NCBI GenBank assembly: GCA_963715435.1
Contig: OY970243.1
Span: forward strand, 1,716,320 to 1,780,319
From: Vulcanimicrobiota bacterium
Lineage (GTDB): Bacteria; Vulcanimicrobiota; Vulcanimicrobiia; Vulcanimicrobiales; Vulcanimicrobiaceae
DNA length: 64,000 nt
Reading direction: 5' to 3'
Shown: positions 10,101-20,105 of the stretch, one piece after another
Layout: each line of letters begins with the position of its first letter
Numbering within the stretch: the first letter of the stretch is position 1
Made by a program: the position numbers and the translations under genes
The notes under the pieces: model-generated
The model's database searches: none
What the model saw: the letters and a program-made list of their open reading frames with translations, nothing else
Told to the model about the DNA's origin: nothing

Positions 10101-12710
10101 ATGAAGTCTCAAGAACTCAGACAAGCCTGGATCGATTTTTTCGTTTCCAAGGGGCATAAGCTGTTGCCCCCGGCGACGCTCGTTCCGCACGAGATGTCGA
10201 CGACGCTTTTCACCATCGCCGGCATGGAGCAGTTCGTCCCAGTCTTTCTCGGAGAGCAGCCGCCGCCCGCGCCTAGTGCGGTAACGGTCCAGCGCTGCCT
10301 ACGGGTTGCCGGCGCGAAGAGCGACATCGAAAACGTGGGTCGCACCGGACGTCACGGCACGTTCCTCGAGATGCTCGGCAACTTCAGCTTCGGCGGCTAC
10401 TACAAGCGCGAAGCGATCGAAATGGCTTGGGAGTTCGTCATCAAAGTTCTCGAGCTCCATCCGAGCAAGCTTTACGTCACGGTGCACGTCGCCGACGACG
10501 AAGCCGAGCGCATTTGGGTCGACGAAATCGGGCTCGACCCGTCGCGCGTCACGCGCTTCGACGAAGACAACTTCTGGACGATGGGTTCGACCGGTCCGTG
10601 CGGCCCTTGCAGCGAAATTTTCTACGATACGGGTGCGGAGAACGCGAGCGGGCCGGAAGATACGGGACCGAATCTCGGCAACCGGTACGTCGAGTTTTGG
10701 AATCTTGTCTTTCAGCAATATAATCGCACGTCTGACGGCAAGCTCGTCGATCTGCCACGAAAGGCGATCGATACGGGCGCGGGGTTCGAGCGCGTGCTCG
10801 CACTGAGCAATGGCGTCGCGTCGATGTACCAAACCGATCTCTTCACCGACATCGTCGCGGCGATGCCGCCGGCCGCTCAGAGTTCGCTTTCGCCGGAGGG
10901 GCGTGACACGCGCCGGAACATAGTCGCGGATCACGCGCGCGCTGCGACGTTTCTCATCAACGACGGAATCTATCCGTCGAACACCGATCGCGGCTACGTC
11001 CTGCGGTTTCTCATCCGGCGGGCGATTCGCAACGGAAAGCTGTTGGGTTTTCCGAATGGATTTCTCACGGAGCTCGTCCCGGCCGTCGTCAAATCGCTCG
11101 AGCCGGGGTATCCCGAGCTGCGTCAAAACGTCGCGCGCATTCAATCGGCGATGCGCACCGAGGAGCAAACGTTTGACCGGACGCTCGAGCGCGGCACGGC
11201 AATGCTCGACCGCTTGATCGACGATGCGATTGCGAACTGCACGCGGTTGGTCGGCGGCGAAGACGCTTTCATGCTTCACGACACCTACGGCTTTCCGATC
11301 GAGCTGACGCGCGAGATCACCGGCGAGCGCGGCGCCGCCGTCGACACGGTTGGCTTCGAACGGCTCATGAACGAGCAGCGCGAGCGCGCGCGGAGCGACG
11401 CGGCCGCCAAACGCGCCGTCGTCTCGCTGGCGGAAGTTCCCGCGATCAAGAGCGAGTTCACCGGTTATGATGGTCTCCAGGGTGAAGGCGAAGTCGTGGC
11501 GATCCTTGCGGGCGACAAGCCGGCGCAAACGTTGACGACCGGACAAGAAGGGACGCTGATTCTCGACCGCTCGTCGTTTTACGCCGAGCGCGGCGGACAG
11601 ATCGGCGACCGCGGAATCGTGAGCGGCGAAGCCGGCACGTTCGAAGTGCGCGATACGCAGTACATGGGTGACGCAATCGCTCACATCGGCGTCGTAACCG
11701 GCGGCGAAATGTCCATCGGCGAACGCGTCCAAACGGAAGTCTACGACTGGTGGCGCCGCGAGATTCGCCGCCATCATACTTCGGCGCATCTGCTGCAGCG
11801 CGCGCTCAAAGACGTGCTCGGCGACGAGGTCGTGCAGGCCGGTTCGTGGGTCGGCATCGACCGCATGCGCTTCGATTTCCGTTGGCCCGGCGGTGCGCTC
11901 ACTCCGGAACAAAAACGTTCGGTCACCCATCGCGTCAACGAGATGATTCGCGACGACTCGCATCTCGTCACGCGCCTTCTTCCGCTCGATCGAGCGCGCG
12001 AAACCGGCGCGATATGGATGGCCGGTGAGAAGTACGGCGACTTGATACGCGTCGTCCAAGCAGGTCCGTCGGTCGAGTTTTGCGGGGGAACGCATTCGCA
12101 CACGACCGGCGAACTCGGAATGTTCCTGATCCTGTCGGAGTTCTCGGTCGGCAGCGGTATTCGCCGCATAGAGTCGTGCGTGTCGGACGCTGCCGAAGCG
12201 TTCGTGACGCGTCAGAGCGACCTCGTCGCCACGCTGTCGTCGTCCTTGGCAACCACGCCCGACGAGCTCGCCGAACGGATTTCAAAACTTCAGCGCGAGG
12301 TTCGCGATCTGCAGACCGGCCTGGGTCAACTCAAGGCCCGGCTGGCAGCCGCCGATGCGCAGGCGTACGTCGAGCGCGCAGAGCGTAAAGGAGATCGCAG
12401 CTTCGTCGGCGCCGTCGTGCACGAAGCCAACGGTGAAGCGTTGCGCCACTTGAGCCAGGCGATTCGCAACCGTCTGCCGTCGGGCGTCATCGCGCTGGCC
12501 GGCGTCGACAATGGAAGCGTCAGCATCTTGGTGAGTGCTAGCGACGATCTGGTTCGTGGAGGCGTGCACGCGGGCAATCTCGTCAAGCTCGCCGCACCGC
12601 TGGTCGGCGGCAAAGGCGGCGGTCAGCCGGCGCAGGCGCAAGGCGGCGGAAAGAACGCGGGCGGCGCCGAGGCAGCGGTGCGCGCGATTCGCGACGCAGT
12701 ACTGGCGTGA
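10101..12710 (+). CDS. alaS: alanine--tRNA ligase
   Basis: 869 aa. N-terminal class II core (FTIAGMEQF, RHGTFLEMLGNFSFG), editing-domain HTSAHLL...CGGTH zinc motif, and a C-terminal DHHA1-like domain. Confidence 0.95.
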   Translation: MKSQELRQAWIDFFVSKGHKLLPPATLVPHEMSTTLFTIAGMEQFVPVFLGEQPPPAPSAVTVQRCLRVAGAKSDIENVGRTGRHGTFLEMLGNFSFGGYYKREAIEMAWEFVIKVLELHPSKLYVTVHVADDEAERIWVDEIGLDPSRVTRFDEDNFWTMGSTGPCGPCSEIFYDTGAENASGPEDTGPNLGNRYVEFWNLVFQQYNRTSDGKLVDLPRKAIDTGAGFERVLALSNGVASMYQTDLFTDIVAAMPPAAQSSLSPEGRDTRRNIVADHARAATFLINDGIYPSNTDRGYVLRFLIRRAIRNGKLLGFPNGFLTELVPAVVKSLEPGYPELRQNVARIQSAMRTEEQTFDRTLERGTAMLDRLIDDAIANCTRLVGGEDAFMLHDTYGFPIELTREITGERGAAVDTVGFERLMNEQRERARSDAAAKRAVVSLAEVPAIKSEFTGYDGLQGEGEVVAILAGDKPAQTLTTGQEGTLILDRSSFYAERGGQIGDRGIVSGEAGTFEVRDTQYMGDAIAHIGVVTGGEMSIGERVQTEVYDWWRREIRRHHTSAHLLQRALKDVLGDEVVQAGSWVGIDRMRFDFRWPGGALTPEQKRSVTHRVNEMIRDDSHLVTRLLPLDRARETGAIWMAGEKYGDLIRVVQAGPSVEFCGGTHSHTTGELGMFLILSEFSVGSGIRRIESCVSDAAEAFVTRQSDLVATLSSSLATTPDELAERISKLQREVRDLQTGLGQLKARLAAADAQAYVERAERKGDRSFVGAVVHEANGEALRHLSQAIRNRLPSGVIALAGVDNGSVSILVSASDDLVRGGVHAGNLVKLAAPLVGGKGGGQPAQAQGGGKNAGGAEAAVRAIRDAVLA

Positions 12711-12711
12711 G

Positions 12712-13401
12712 ATGACGCGAATCGTCCTCGCCATCGCGCTGCTCCTAGCCGCGGTCGCCGCGACGCCGGAGGAGCTCGATTCGCAGTACGTTTTGCAGCG
12801 GTACGGCGTAGCAATCGAGACGGTTCCCGTTCCCAAAGCGGTCATCTTCACCTATACGGTTTCGCAGGCGGGGCCGAGCAACATGGATCAGCGGCACGTG
12901 GTCTATCGCAGCGGATTGCAGGTGCGCGACGAGACGCTCGCGGTCGACGGCGTCGCGCTGGTGCATAAAGTAGTCAGCTTCGCGCGGCGCGAAGATCGCT
13001 ACCAGGTTTCGCGGATCGCGCCGAAGGCCGCATCGTACGAGATGCTCTTCGTACGCGCGCTCAAAGACGGCCACCACGTCGATTATCAGTACGACGCAGC
13101 GCCGCTGCTGCGCGGTGCGAACGTCGCCGTCGATCGCGTAACGATCGACGGAATCAAGTATCTGCCGAAGGATGTCGGCTTCAAGACCGAAGCGCAGGAC
13201 GTACGCGGTAACGCGCACGTCGAGTACGCGGCGTTCGGGAAATACTGGATGCCGGTTTTGGCCGAGGTCACAGCCGTGGTCAACGGTAAGCCGGCGCGGG
13301 AGCGGATCGTCTGGAGCGATTACCGTTTTCCACAATCGCTTCCGCCCTCAACGTTCGAACCGCCTCGGCCGCTGCCGCATCCCACGATCGCGCCGTTTTG
13401 A
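12712..13401 (+). CDS. hypothetical secreted protein
   Basis: ATG at M60 of ORF 12535..13401, immediately after the alaS stop. Signal peptide MTRIVLAIALLLAAVAA. No family recognised. Confidence 0.5.
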   Translation: MTRIVLAIALLLAAVAATPEELDSQYVLQRYGVAIETVPVPKAVIFTYTVSQAGPSNMDQRHVVYRSGLQVRDETLAVDGVALVHKVVSFARREDRYQVSRIAPKAASYEMLFVRALKDGHHVDYQYDAAPLLRGANVAVDRVTIDGIKYLPKDVGFKTEAQDVRGNAHVEYAAFGKYWMPVLAEVTAVVNGKPARERIVWSDYRFPQSLPPSTFEPPRPLPHPTIAPF

Positions 13402-13411
13402 CGGCACCCTC

Positions 13412-14554
13412 GTGCGGCTAAAGCCGGCGTTGGCCGCAGGAATCGTTGCGGCCGCCTTTACGGCCGTTCTTTCGCATCTGCGCGCGACTCCGTACGACAA
13501 TTACGTCTATCTGGCACAAGCGTGGCTCCAAGGGCACTCGTGGATCGACTGGCCGGGCGCGTGGATCGATGCGCTGCCGTACGGCGGACGCTATTACGTC
13601 ATCGAAGCGCCGCTGCCGGCGATTTTGCTGCTGCCGTACGTCGCCGCAGCCGGCTTGCATGCGAACCAAACGCTGCTATCGATTCTGTTGTGCGGCGTCG
13701 CGATCGGCGCGGCGTGGGAGCTCGGCGAGCGCTTCGGTTTGTCGCGGGCGAGCAATGCGTGGATTTGCGCGTTTCTGCTGGCCGGTACGGATTTGTTGTG
13801 GTGCGCGACCTTCGGCGACGTCTGGTTCATCGCGCACGTTAGCGCGGTCGCCTTTACGATGCTCGCGCTGGCGGAAATTGCGGGAAAGCGGCGGCCGTGG
13901 CTCGTCGCGCTGTGGGCGGCGTGCGCGTTCGAGTCGCGTTTCTCGCTCGTCCTTGCGGTGCCCGTCTACCTTGTCATGCTGAGCGCAGGCGATCGCCGGT
14001 TCCGCTTCACAATCGCTCAGTTTGCCGCCGTATTCGTTCCCGTCGCGCTGTTGTGGCTATGGTATAACGAAGCGCGATGGGGTACGTGGAACGACATCGG
14101 CTACGTCGCTTGGTACCATCAAGATCAAGCCGGAATGCCGACCGGCTCGCCGTTCCGCTTGGAGTACCTGCGGTACCAGCTGTTGTCGTTCTTCGTTCAG
14201 GGACCGACGCAGCTTGCGGAGTTTCCCGGACTTCGGCCGGAGATTTCGGGCGTTGCCTTAACGTGGACTTCGCCCGCACTGATTCTCGCGTTGTTTGCAC
14301 GCTCGCCGCTGCGCTGGACGATCGGTTTGTGGGTTCTTGCCTTACTGACCGCCGCTCCGAACTTTCTGTACTACGTCAACGGTTTCGCGCAGTTCGGCAT
14401 GCGCCACGCGCTCGACTTCGAACCGTTCCTCGTCGCGCTCATGATGCTCGCGGTACGGGACCGCTTCCCCCAATGGGGCTACGTGCTGATTGCGTACTCG
14501 TGCGTCGTGGGCTGTTGGGGAATCTGGTACTGGCAAACGTTCGTCAGAACGTAA
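13412..14554 (+). CDS. polytopic membrane protein, probable GT-C type glycosyltransferase
   Basis: GTG at residue 81 of ORF 13172..14554. About 10 predicted TM helices with an early extracytoplasmic loop (YDNYVYLAQAWLQG), as in ArnT/PMT-like enzymes. The family assignment is tentative. Confidence 0.45.
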   Translation: MRLKPALAAGIVAAAFTAVLSHLRATPYDNYVYLAQAWLQGHSWIDWPGAWIDALPYGGRYYVIEAPLPAILLLPYVAAAGLHANQTLLSILLCGVAIGAAWELGERFGLSRASNAWICAFLLAGTDLLWCATFGDVWFIAHVSAVAFTMLALAEIAGKRRPWLVALWAACAFESRFSLVLAVPVYLVMLSAGDRRFRFTIAQFAAVFVPVALLWLWYNEARWGTWNDIGYVAWYHQDQAGMPTGSPFRLEYLRYQLLSFFVQGPTQLAEFPGLRPEISGVALTWTSPALILALFARSPLRWTIGLWVLALLTAAPNFLYYVNGFAQFGMRHALDFEPFLVALMMLAVRDRFPQWGYVLIAYSCVVGCWGIWYWQTFVRT

Positions 14555-14980
14555 CTAGATGCTGCGGAGCGGGACCGGAAGTCCGCCGATCGGGCGGCGA
14601 GCGCGCGCGGCTTGCGGCGGTTGCGGCGGTGCCGGGGGCAGATCATTTGCATCGGCTTCCTGGTACGCGCCGTAACGAAGCGCGAGAGCGTATGCGACGT
14701 AATCGTTGTACGTTTCCACTTCGCCGCCAATCGTGAAGCAGTGCACTATCCACATCGGCACGGTGACGAACATTCCGACGCCGGTAAAGAGCGCCAGCGA
14801 CATGAGAATGCCGCGAACGTAGTTCCCGACATAGTACGATTCGCCGCCCACGATTCCGAGAACGATCGTCAGGACGAGCGCGAGATTGGAATCTTTGGAA
14901 TAGCGCTGGTACTCGTAGGCAAACGTCGCTTGCGCTTCGGGGCGCATGCGCAGAGCCAGCATCTGGGCGTACGGTGTCAC
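14555..14980 (-). CDS. TM2 domain-like membrane protein
   Basis: Two adjacent TM helices with a LGIVGGESYYVGNYVRGIL core resembling the TM2 signature, and a Pro-rich C-terminal tail. Confidence 0.5.
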   Translation of the reverse strand: MTPYAQMLALRMRPEAQATFAYEYQRYSKDSNLALVLTIVLGIVGGESYYVGNYVRGILMSLALFTGVGMFVTVPMWIVHCFTIGGEVETYNDYVAYALALRYGAYQEADANDLPPAPPQPPQAARARRPIGGLPVPLRSI

Positions 14981-15012
14981 CTGTTTGATCCTCCCTGACT
15001 AGGTACGCGCCA

Positions 15013-16770
15013 CTATTCGCGGTGTTTCACCGCCGACAAATCGTCGTAAGCGGCCCGTAAGCCTCCGGGCCCGGAGGCCGGACTTCCACACACCGTCCCC
15101 ACGCAAACATACGCCGCCGGGCGGGGTTGGTCGGGTACGCCCAGGGAGGCGCCGGACGCGCTCGTGCGCACCGAAACGAAGGGACCCGGCAGACGGAAGG
15201 CCGCCTCCCTGAACTCCGCCGTCTCCCCGGCGTCGCCAAGGATACGGACGGCTACGTCCTGTGAAAGGTATCGGCTGAGGGCGCGTGCGTACGGCGCCGC
15301 AAAGGGGCCCGCCGCCGCGTAGGTGCGGGCGTAGAGAGCGAGGGTTCGTTCTGCGGCTTCGCGCCACGACGCTTCGCCCGTGAGCGTGGCCAATCGCAGC
15401 AGCGTCTCGGAAAAGAGCCCGTTGTCGACGATTGGCCGATCCGGCACCTCCAGCCGTCCCAACATCTCGCCGCCCCGCCGATCGTAAAAGCCGCCATCCT
15501 CGGCGGAGAACCGTCCAAGGACGGCGGTCGCCAAGGATTCCGCGCGCTCGAGGAAGCGCAGCTCGCCGGAAATTTCGTGCGCGTCGAGCAGCGCGCGGGC
15601 GTAGGCGACTTGATCGGTCAATAGGCCGCAGACGCGCGGCTGACCATCCGGCTCGACGAAGTGATACGCAAGTCCGTCGCCGTCGAGCAGTCGCGCGTTC
15701 ACGGCATCGAGCGTGGCCATCGCGTCGGCGACCAATCCGTCGTCGTCGAGCGCGAGTCCCGCCCAGGCAGTTGCGCCTGCAAGCGCGCACGTCCAGTTCG
15801 TGTAGGACGTCCGATCGACGTACGGTGCGCCGCGAGCGCGGCGCTCCTCGAGCGGCAACGCGTAATACTCCTCGTCCGCGTCTTGACTGCCGGCAAAGAA
15901 ACCGGTGTGCGGATCGCGCAGCACGCCCCGCACGTATCGTGACGCGGAGACGAGCGTCTCGCGAAGCCCGCTCGATCTTCCGTAGAGCACGAGCTGCGCG
16001 AGAACGCGCAAGAGCCCGGCGTGATCCTCGGCCATCTTTTCGAAATGCGGCACCGACCAATCGCGCGTCGTCGAATACCGGAAAAAGCCGCCCTCGACGT
16101 GATCGTACATTCCGCCGCGCGCCATGCCAAGCATCGTTTTGGCAACCACTTCGTACAGTCGTTGTTCGTGCGATAGCCGCCACTCCGTGAGTAAGAACTC
16201 GAGCATCTCGGGCTGAGGAAACTTCGGCGCGTCGCCGAAGCCGCCGAACTCGTCGTCGTAGGATTCGAGCACCTGTTCCGTGAGCCGCACGATCATGGTC
16301 CGGCGAAGATCGTCGGGCGACGACGACCGATACGTTGCCCCTCGCGAGCCAAGCTCGCCGGCGCGTCGCGCAATCGCACCTTTCTCCTCGGTGTAGAAGT
16401 TCGCGATCTCGTCGAGCGCGCGGCGCATTTGCTGCGGCGGAAGGTACGTCGCGCCGGTCAGAGTGGAGCCGTCCGGCGAAAGGAATGCGGTCGTCGGCCA
16501 TCCGCCCATGTTGTACCGCGCGTTGACGTCGGGGCGGCGGTCGTTGTCGACGCGAACGGGGACGAACCGTTCGTTGATGGTTGCGATGACGCCGGGATCG
16601 GAGTACGACGTTTCGTCCATCACGTGGCACCAGTGACACCACACAGCGGAAATCGAAAGCAGAATCGGCTTGTCTTCCGAACGCGCTCGTTCGAAGGCTT
16701 GCGTTCCCCACGGCATCCAACCGATCTCACTCGCGCGATTCGGACGTGGCGAAAATCGAAAATCATCCAT
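15013..16770 (-). CDS. thioredoxin-domain protein, DUF255/YyaL family
   Basis: N-terminal ISAVWCHWCHVM thioredoxin-like motif followed by an alpha/alpha-toroid (N-acylglucosamine epimerase-like) region. 585 aa. Confidence 0.85.
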   Translation of the reverse strand: MDDFRFSPRPNRASEIGWMPWGTQAFERARSEDKPILLSISAVWCHWCHVMDETSYSDPGVIATINERFVPVRVDNDRRPDVNARYNMGGWPTTAFLSPDGSTLTGATYLPPQQMRRALDEIANFYTEEKGAIARRAGELGSRGATYRSSSPDDLRRTMIVRLTEQVLESYDDEFGGFGDAPKFPQPEMLEFLLTEWRLSHEQRLYEVVAKTMLGMARGGMYDHVEGGFFRYSTTRDWSVPHFEKMAEDHAGLLRVLAQLVLYGRSSGLRETLVSASRYVRGVLRDPHTGFFAGSQDADEEYYALPLEERRARGAPYVDRTSYTNWTCALAGATAWAGLALDDDGLVADAMATLDAVNARLLDGDGLAYHFVEPDGQPRVCGLLTDQVAYARALLDAHEISGELRFLERAESLATAVLGRFSAEDGGFYDRRGGEMLGRLEVPDRPIVDNGLFSETLLRLATLTGEASWREAAERTLALYARTYAAAGPFAAPYARALSRYLSQDVAVRILGDAGETAEFREAAFRLPGPFVSVRTSASGASLGVPDQPRPAAYVCVGTVCGSPASGPGGLRAAYDDLSAVKHRE

Positions 16771-17044
16771 CGGTGTCTGCGTACCCGCGAAGGAAGGAGG
16801 TGAGATACAGAAGCGCGATCACGGCGTAGATCGCCAGCGCGACTAACCCGGAAGCCTGCGCGTGCAGGCCCCAAGCAATCGCAAAAAAGAGAGCGAACGC
16901 AAGGCTGATTGCCGCGTACCGCCGATGGATGCTCGGTGCCATTCCGTAGAGTTCCGCATCGTAATAACCGCCGCGCGTACGGCTGCGTAAAAACGCAATT
17001 GCCGCGATGAAGAGTGCAAGCGCGAGGCCTCCCATATTCCACAT
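16763..17044 (-). CDS. small membrane protein (3 TM), hypothetical
   Basis: 93-aa ORF with three hydrophobic helices. 8-nt overlap with the start of the downstream DUF255 gene. Confidence 0.4.
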   Translation of the reverse strand: MWNMGGLALALFIAAIAFLRSRTRGGYYDAELYGMAPSIHRRYAAISLAFALFFAIAWGLHAQASGLVALAIYAVIALLYLTSFLRGYADTDG

Positions 17045-17067
17045 AGGCGTTTTGTGGCCCCCTTCGC

Positions 17068-17304
17068 TTGGGAATCACAAATCCCATGGGACAACGAGAT
17101 CCAATCATCGTCGAACGAGATGGCGGCAGCTCCGCGGGGATTGCAGTCCTTGCTATCGTGATCGTCGCGATACTCGTCGCGCTCTTCGTGTGGCATCCGT
17201 GGTCGACGTCGACGTCGTCGTCCTCAACGACGACTATTACGCAACCAGGCGCTCCCGGTCAAGGATCGTCCACCCAGAAGACTACCGTAACGTCGCCGAC
17301 GTAA
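17068..17304 (+). CDS. small single-TM protein with Ser/Thr-rich tail, hypothetical
   Basis: 78 aa with TM helix GIAVLAIVIVAILVALFVW followed by the low-complexity tail STSTSSSSTTTITQ. Confidence 0.35.
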   Translation: MGITNPMGQRDPIIVERDGGSSAGIAVLAIVIVAILVALFVWHPWSTSTSSSSTTTITQPGAPGQGSSTQKTTVTSPT

Positions 17305-17320
17305 GAAGGGGCAATCAACT

Positions 17321-17482
17321 ATGGCAGGCATCCTCTGGGCGATCATCGTTATACTCTTCATCATCTGGCTCATCGGGTTCTTCGCAGTACATCTGACCGG
17401 TGGCCTGATCCACATCGCGCTGGCAGTGGCGGTCATCCTGTTGATCGTGAACCTGTTTAGCGGACGGGGAGCGAGGGTGTAG
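17321..17482 (+). CDS. lmo0937-family small membrane protein (53 aa, not in ORF track)
   Basis: Hand translation gives MAGILWAIIVILFIIWLIGFFAVHLTGGLIHIALAVAVILLIVNLFSGRGARV. AAGAAGGGG lies 8-16 nt upstream of the ATG. The two-helix pattern and the G-G-L-I-H core match this family. Confidence 0.6.
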   Translation: MAGILWAIIVILFIIWLIGFFAVHLTGGLIHIALAVAVILLIVNLFSGRGARV

Positions 17483-17511
17483 CGGCGGTAACCCGTCGAA
17501 AGACGGCCGCA

Positions 17512-19140
17512 ATGCCGTCATCATCGAAGCGATCTCGAGCGAGCCGGCGACCCGGCTCGCTCGAAACGTATCAGAAGAAGCGCGACTTCGGGATTACGTC
17601 TGAGCCGCGCGGTAAAAAGTTAGCAGCTTCGAACCGCCTGAAGTTCGTCGTCCAAATGCATCGCGCGAGCCGGCTGCACTACGATTTCCGGCTCGAAGCC
17701 GACGGCGTGCTGGCGTCGTGGGCAGTCCCCAAAGGGCCGACGCTTGCGCCGGGCGATCGCCGCCTGGCGATGCACGTCGAGGATCACCCGATGGATTACC
17801 GTGACTTCGAGGGCAACATCCCCGAAGGGCAATACGGCGCGGGCAACGTCATCGTCTGGGACATGGGCACGTACTCGCTTGCCGAAGGCGACGACCCGGC
17901 CGAAGAGATCGCAAGCGGAAAAATGAAGTTCGTTCTGCACGGCAAGAAGCTGCGCGGATTGTTCACGCTCGTACGCATCAAAGGGCGCGAGGGCGAATCA
18001 GGCGACCCATGGCTGCTCTTCAAAGACCGCGACGAGTACGCCGACCCGAAGTTCGACCCTGCCGATCATCCAAAATCGGTGAAGACGGGAAAGACGCTTG
18101 CAGACGTTGCGCGCGATCCGCGCGCGAAAACGTGGCAATCCAAACCGAGCGCGCGTCACGCGGCCGTTCCCAAGCTCGCCGAACGCGCACGCCGCGAGCG
18201 GCTGCCTCAGCTCAAGAGCGTCATGCTCGCAACCCTGATCGACGCGGCGTTCGACGACGACGACTGGCTCTTCGAGATCAAGTGGGACGGCTATCGTGCG
18301 GTTTGCACGATCGACGAGAAGGGAAATCTTTCGCTCGTTTCGCGCAACGGCTTGGACATGCTCAAACGGTTCCCGTGCTTCTCGGAACTCAAAGACGCGT
18401 TTGCAAGCGTACCGATCGTCGTGGACGGCGAAATCGTCAGCCTCGATGCCGAGGGGCGATCGGCATTTCAGCGTCTTCAGGAGTCGCAAAAGAAGAGCGC
18501 CGTACTGACTTACGCCGCGTTCGATCTCATTTACGCGGACGGGCGCGACTTGCGCAAAATGCCGCTGGAAGAACGCAAAGCGCTGCTCGCGCGTCTCATC
18601 CGGGACGACGAGCTCGTGCTCTTCTCTAAGCACATCGTCGGCAAAGGCAAATCGCTGTTCGCGCAGGCGAAACAGAAGCGGCTCGAAGGCATCGTCGGCA
18701 AAAAGCGCGATTCGGTGTATCAAGAGCGGCGCAGCCCCGACTGGGTCAAGATCAAAGCTCAGCTCGAGCAAGAGTTCGTCATCGGCGGTTACACTGAGCC
18801 GCGCGGGAGCAGAAAGGGTTTCGGCGCGCTGTTGCTCGGCGCGTACGACGGCAACAAGTTCCGCTACGTCGGTCACGTCGGGACGGGATTCTCGCATAAG
18901 TTCTTGCTGGAGCTGCACGCCAAGCTTCGCTCGATCGAACGGAAGACGTCGCCGTTCGATACGCCGGTCGAAGGAAACATGCAAGCCCATTGGGTCAAAC
19001 CCGAGCTCGTAGCGGAAATCCGGTTCACGGAATGGACGCGCGATATGCTGCTGCGCCAACCCGCGTTTCTCGGGTTGCGGACCGATAAAGATGCGAACGA
19101 AGTGGTCCTCGAGCTGCCCAAGCACGTGAGCAGCCCGTGA
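17512..19140 (+). CDS. ligD: ATP-dependent DNA ligase LigD, 3'-phosphoesterase plus ligase domains
   Basis: PE domain (FVVQMHRASRLHYDFRLE, WAVPKGPT, HVEDHPMDY). Ligase adenylation motif EIKWDGYR and an OB domain. Confidence 0.9.
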   Translation: MPSSSKRSRASRRPGSLETYQKKRDFGITSEPRGKKLAASNRLKFVVQMHRASRLHYDFRLEADGVLASWAVPKGPTLAPGDRRLAMHVEDHPMDYRDFEGNIPEGQYGAGNVIVWDMGTYSLAEGDDPAEEIASGKMKFVLHGKKLRGLFTLVRIKGREGESGDPWLLFKDRDEYADPKFDPADHPKSVKTGKTLADVARDPRAKTWQSKPSARHAAVPKLAERARRERLPQLKSVMLATLIDAAFDDDDWLFEIKWDGYRAVCTIDEKGNLSLVSRNGLDMLKRFPCFSELKDAFASVPIVVDGEIVSLDAEGRSAFQRLQESQKKSAVLTYAAFDLIYADGRDLRKMPLEERKALLARLIRDDELVLFSKHIVGKGKSLFAQAKQKRLEGIVGKKRDSVYQERRSPDWVKIKAQLEQEFVIGGYTEPRGSRKGFGALLLGAYDGNKFRYVGHVGTGFSHKFLLELHAKLRSIERKTSPFDTPVEGNMQAHWVKPELVAEIRFTEWTRDMLLRQPAFLGLRTDKDANEVVLELPKHVSSP

Positions 19141-20099
19141 GCGCCGCCGAACGCGTGCCGGTGAAAATCGGGTCGCGCACGCTCTCGCTGTCGAATCTCG
19201 ACAAAGTATTGTGGCCGCGCGACGGCTATACCAAAGGCGACCTCATCGAATACTACCGTTCCGTTGCGCCGGCGATATTACCGCATCTCAAGGATAGGCC
19301 GCTCACCCTCCAGCGTTACCCCAACGGCATCGACGGCGAATCGTTCTTCGAAAAGCGACTACCCAAGGGGGTTCCGGATTGGGTCGATCGCGTTACGACC
19401 ACCGCCGCCGAAGGCGGCCGGAAAATTACGTACGTGGTATGCAACGACGAGCCGACGTTGATTTACGTTGCCAATCTCGCGTCGATCGTGCTCCACGTGT
19501 GGACGTCGGGCACCGAAACGCTCGACGAACCCGACTTCGTTTTCTTCGACCTCGATCCGGGCGAGAAGTGCACCTTACAGAACCTGGCCGAAGTGACGCT
19601 TGCCATGCGCGAAGCGATGCGCGCGATCGGTCTCGACGGTTTGGTGAAGACGTCGGGCGGGATGGGATTACATTTCTTCGTTCCGCTCGTCGACGGCTAT
19701 TCGTACGAGTCGGTCAAGCTGTTTGCCGAGCTCGCGGCGCGGCACGTCGCACGCGAAAAGGACGGTGCGGTTTCGCTCGAACGCACCATCAAAAAGCGCG
19801 ATCCGAAGGCCGTTTATCTCGACTATCAGCAAGTCGGACGCGGCAAGACTTACGTGGTGGCATACTCCGTTCGCGCGCGCGACGGAGCGCCGGTGTCGAT
19901 GCCGCTGAAATGGCCCGAAGTCGAAGCGTTCGCGCGGAAACGCGGCGTGGTGGCCCCGTGGGACGAATTCGCCAAGTTCAACATCCGGACGGCCGGAAAG
20001 CGCCTCAAGGCCGAAGGAGACCTGTGGGGCGGCAAGGCCTGGAAGAAGCAACGGCTCGAGCCCGCCATTGCAAAAGCCCAGAAGCTGTGGGTACAATAG
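19137..20099 (+). CDS. LigD polymerase/primase domain protein (stand-alone)
   Basis: LSNLDKVLWP, FFEKRLP, FDLDPG and KTSGGMGLH are AEP-primase LigD-Pol motifs. 4-nt overlap with the upstream ligase gene. Confidence 0.9.
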   Translation: MSAAERVPVKIGSRTLSLSNLDKVLWPRDGYTKGDLIEYYRSVAPAILPHLKDRPLTLQRYPNGIDGESFFEKRLPKGVPDWVDRVTTTAAEGGRKITYVVCNDEPTLIYVANLASIVLHVWTSGTETLDEPDFVFFDLDPGEKCTLQNLAEVTLAMREAMRAIGLDGLVKTSGGMGLHFFVPLVDGYSYESVKLFAELAARHVAREKDGAVSLERTIKKRDPKAVYLDYQQVGRGKTYVVAYSVRARDGAPVSMPLKWPEVEAFARKRGVVAPWDEFAKFNIRTAGKRLKAEGDLWGGKAWKKQRLEPAIAKAQKLWVQ

Positions 20100-20105
20100 C
20101 CATCT

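Noticed and set aside
10299-12101. 600-aa ORF antisense to alaS
   Set aside because: It lies entirely inside the well-supported alaS frame. The composition is Arg/Ala-rich, typical of a GC-rich antisense frame, and no motifs are present.
14999-16720. 573-aa same-strand alternative frame over the DUF255 gene
   Set aside because: Extremely Arg-rich low-complexity translation. The overlapping frame 15013..16770 has clear thioredoxin/DUF255 motifs.
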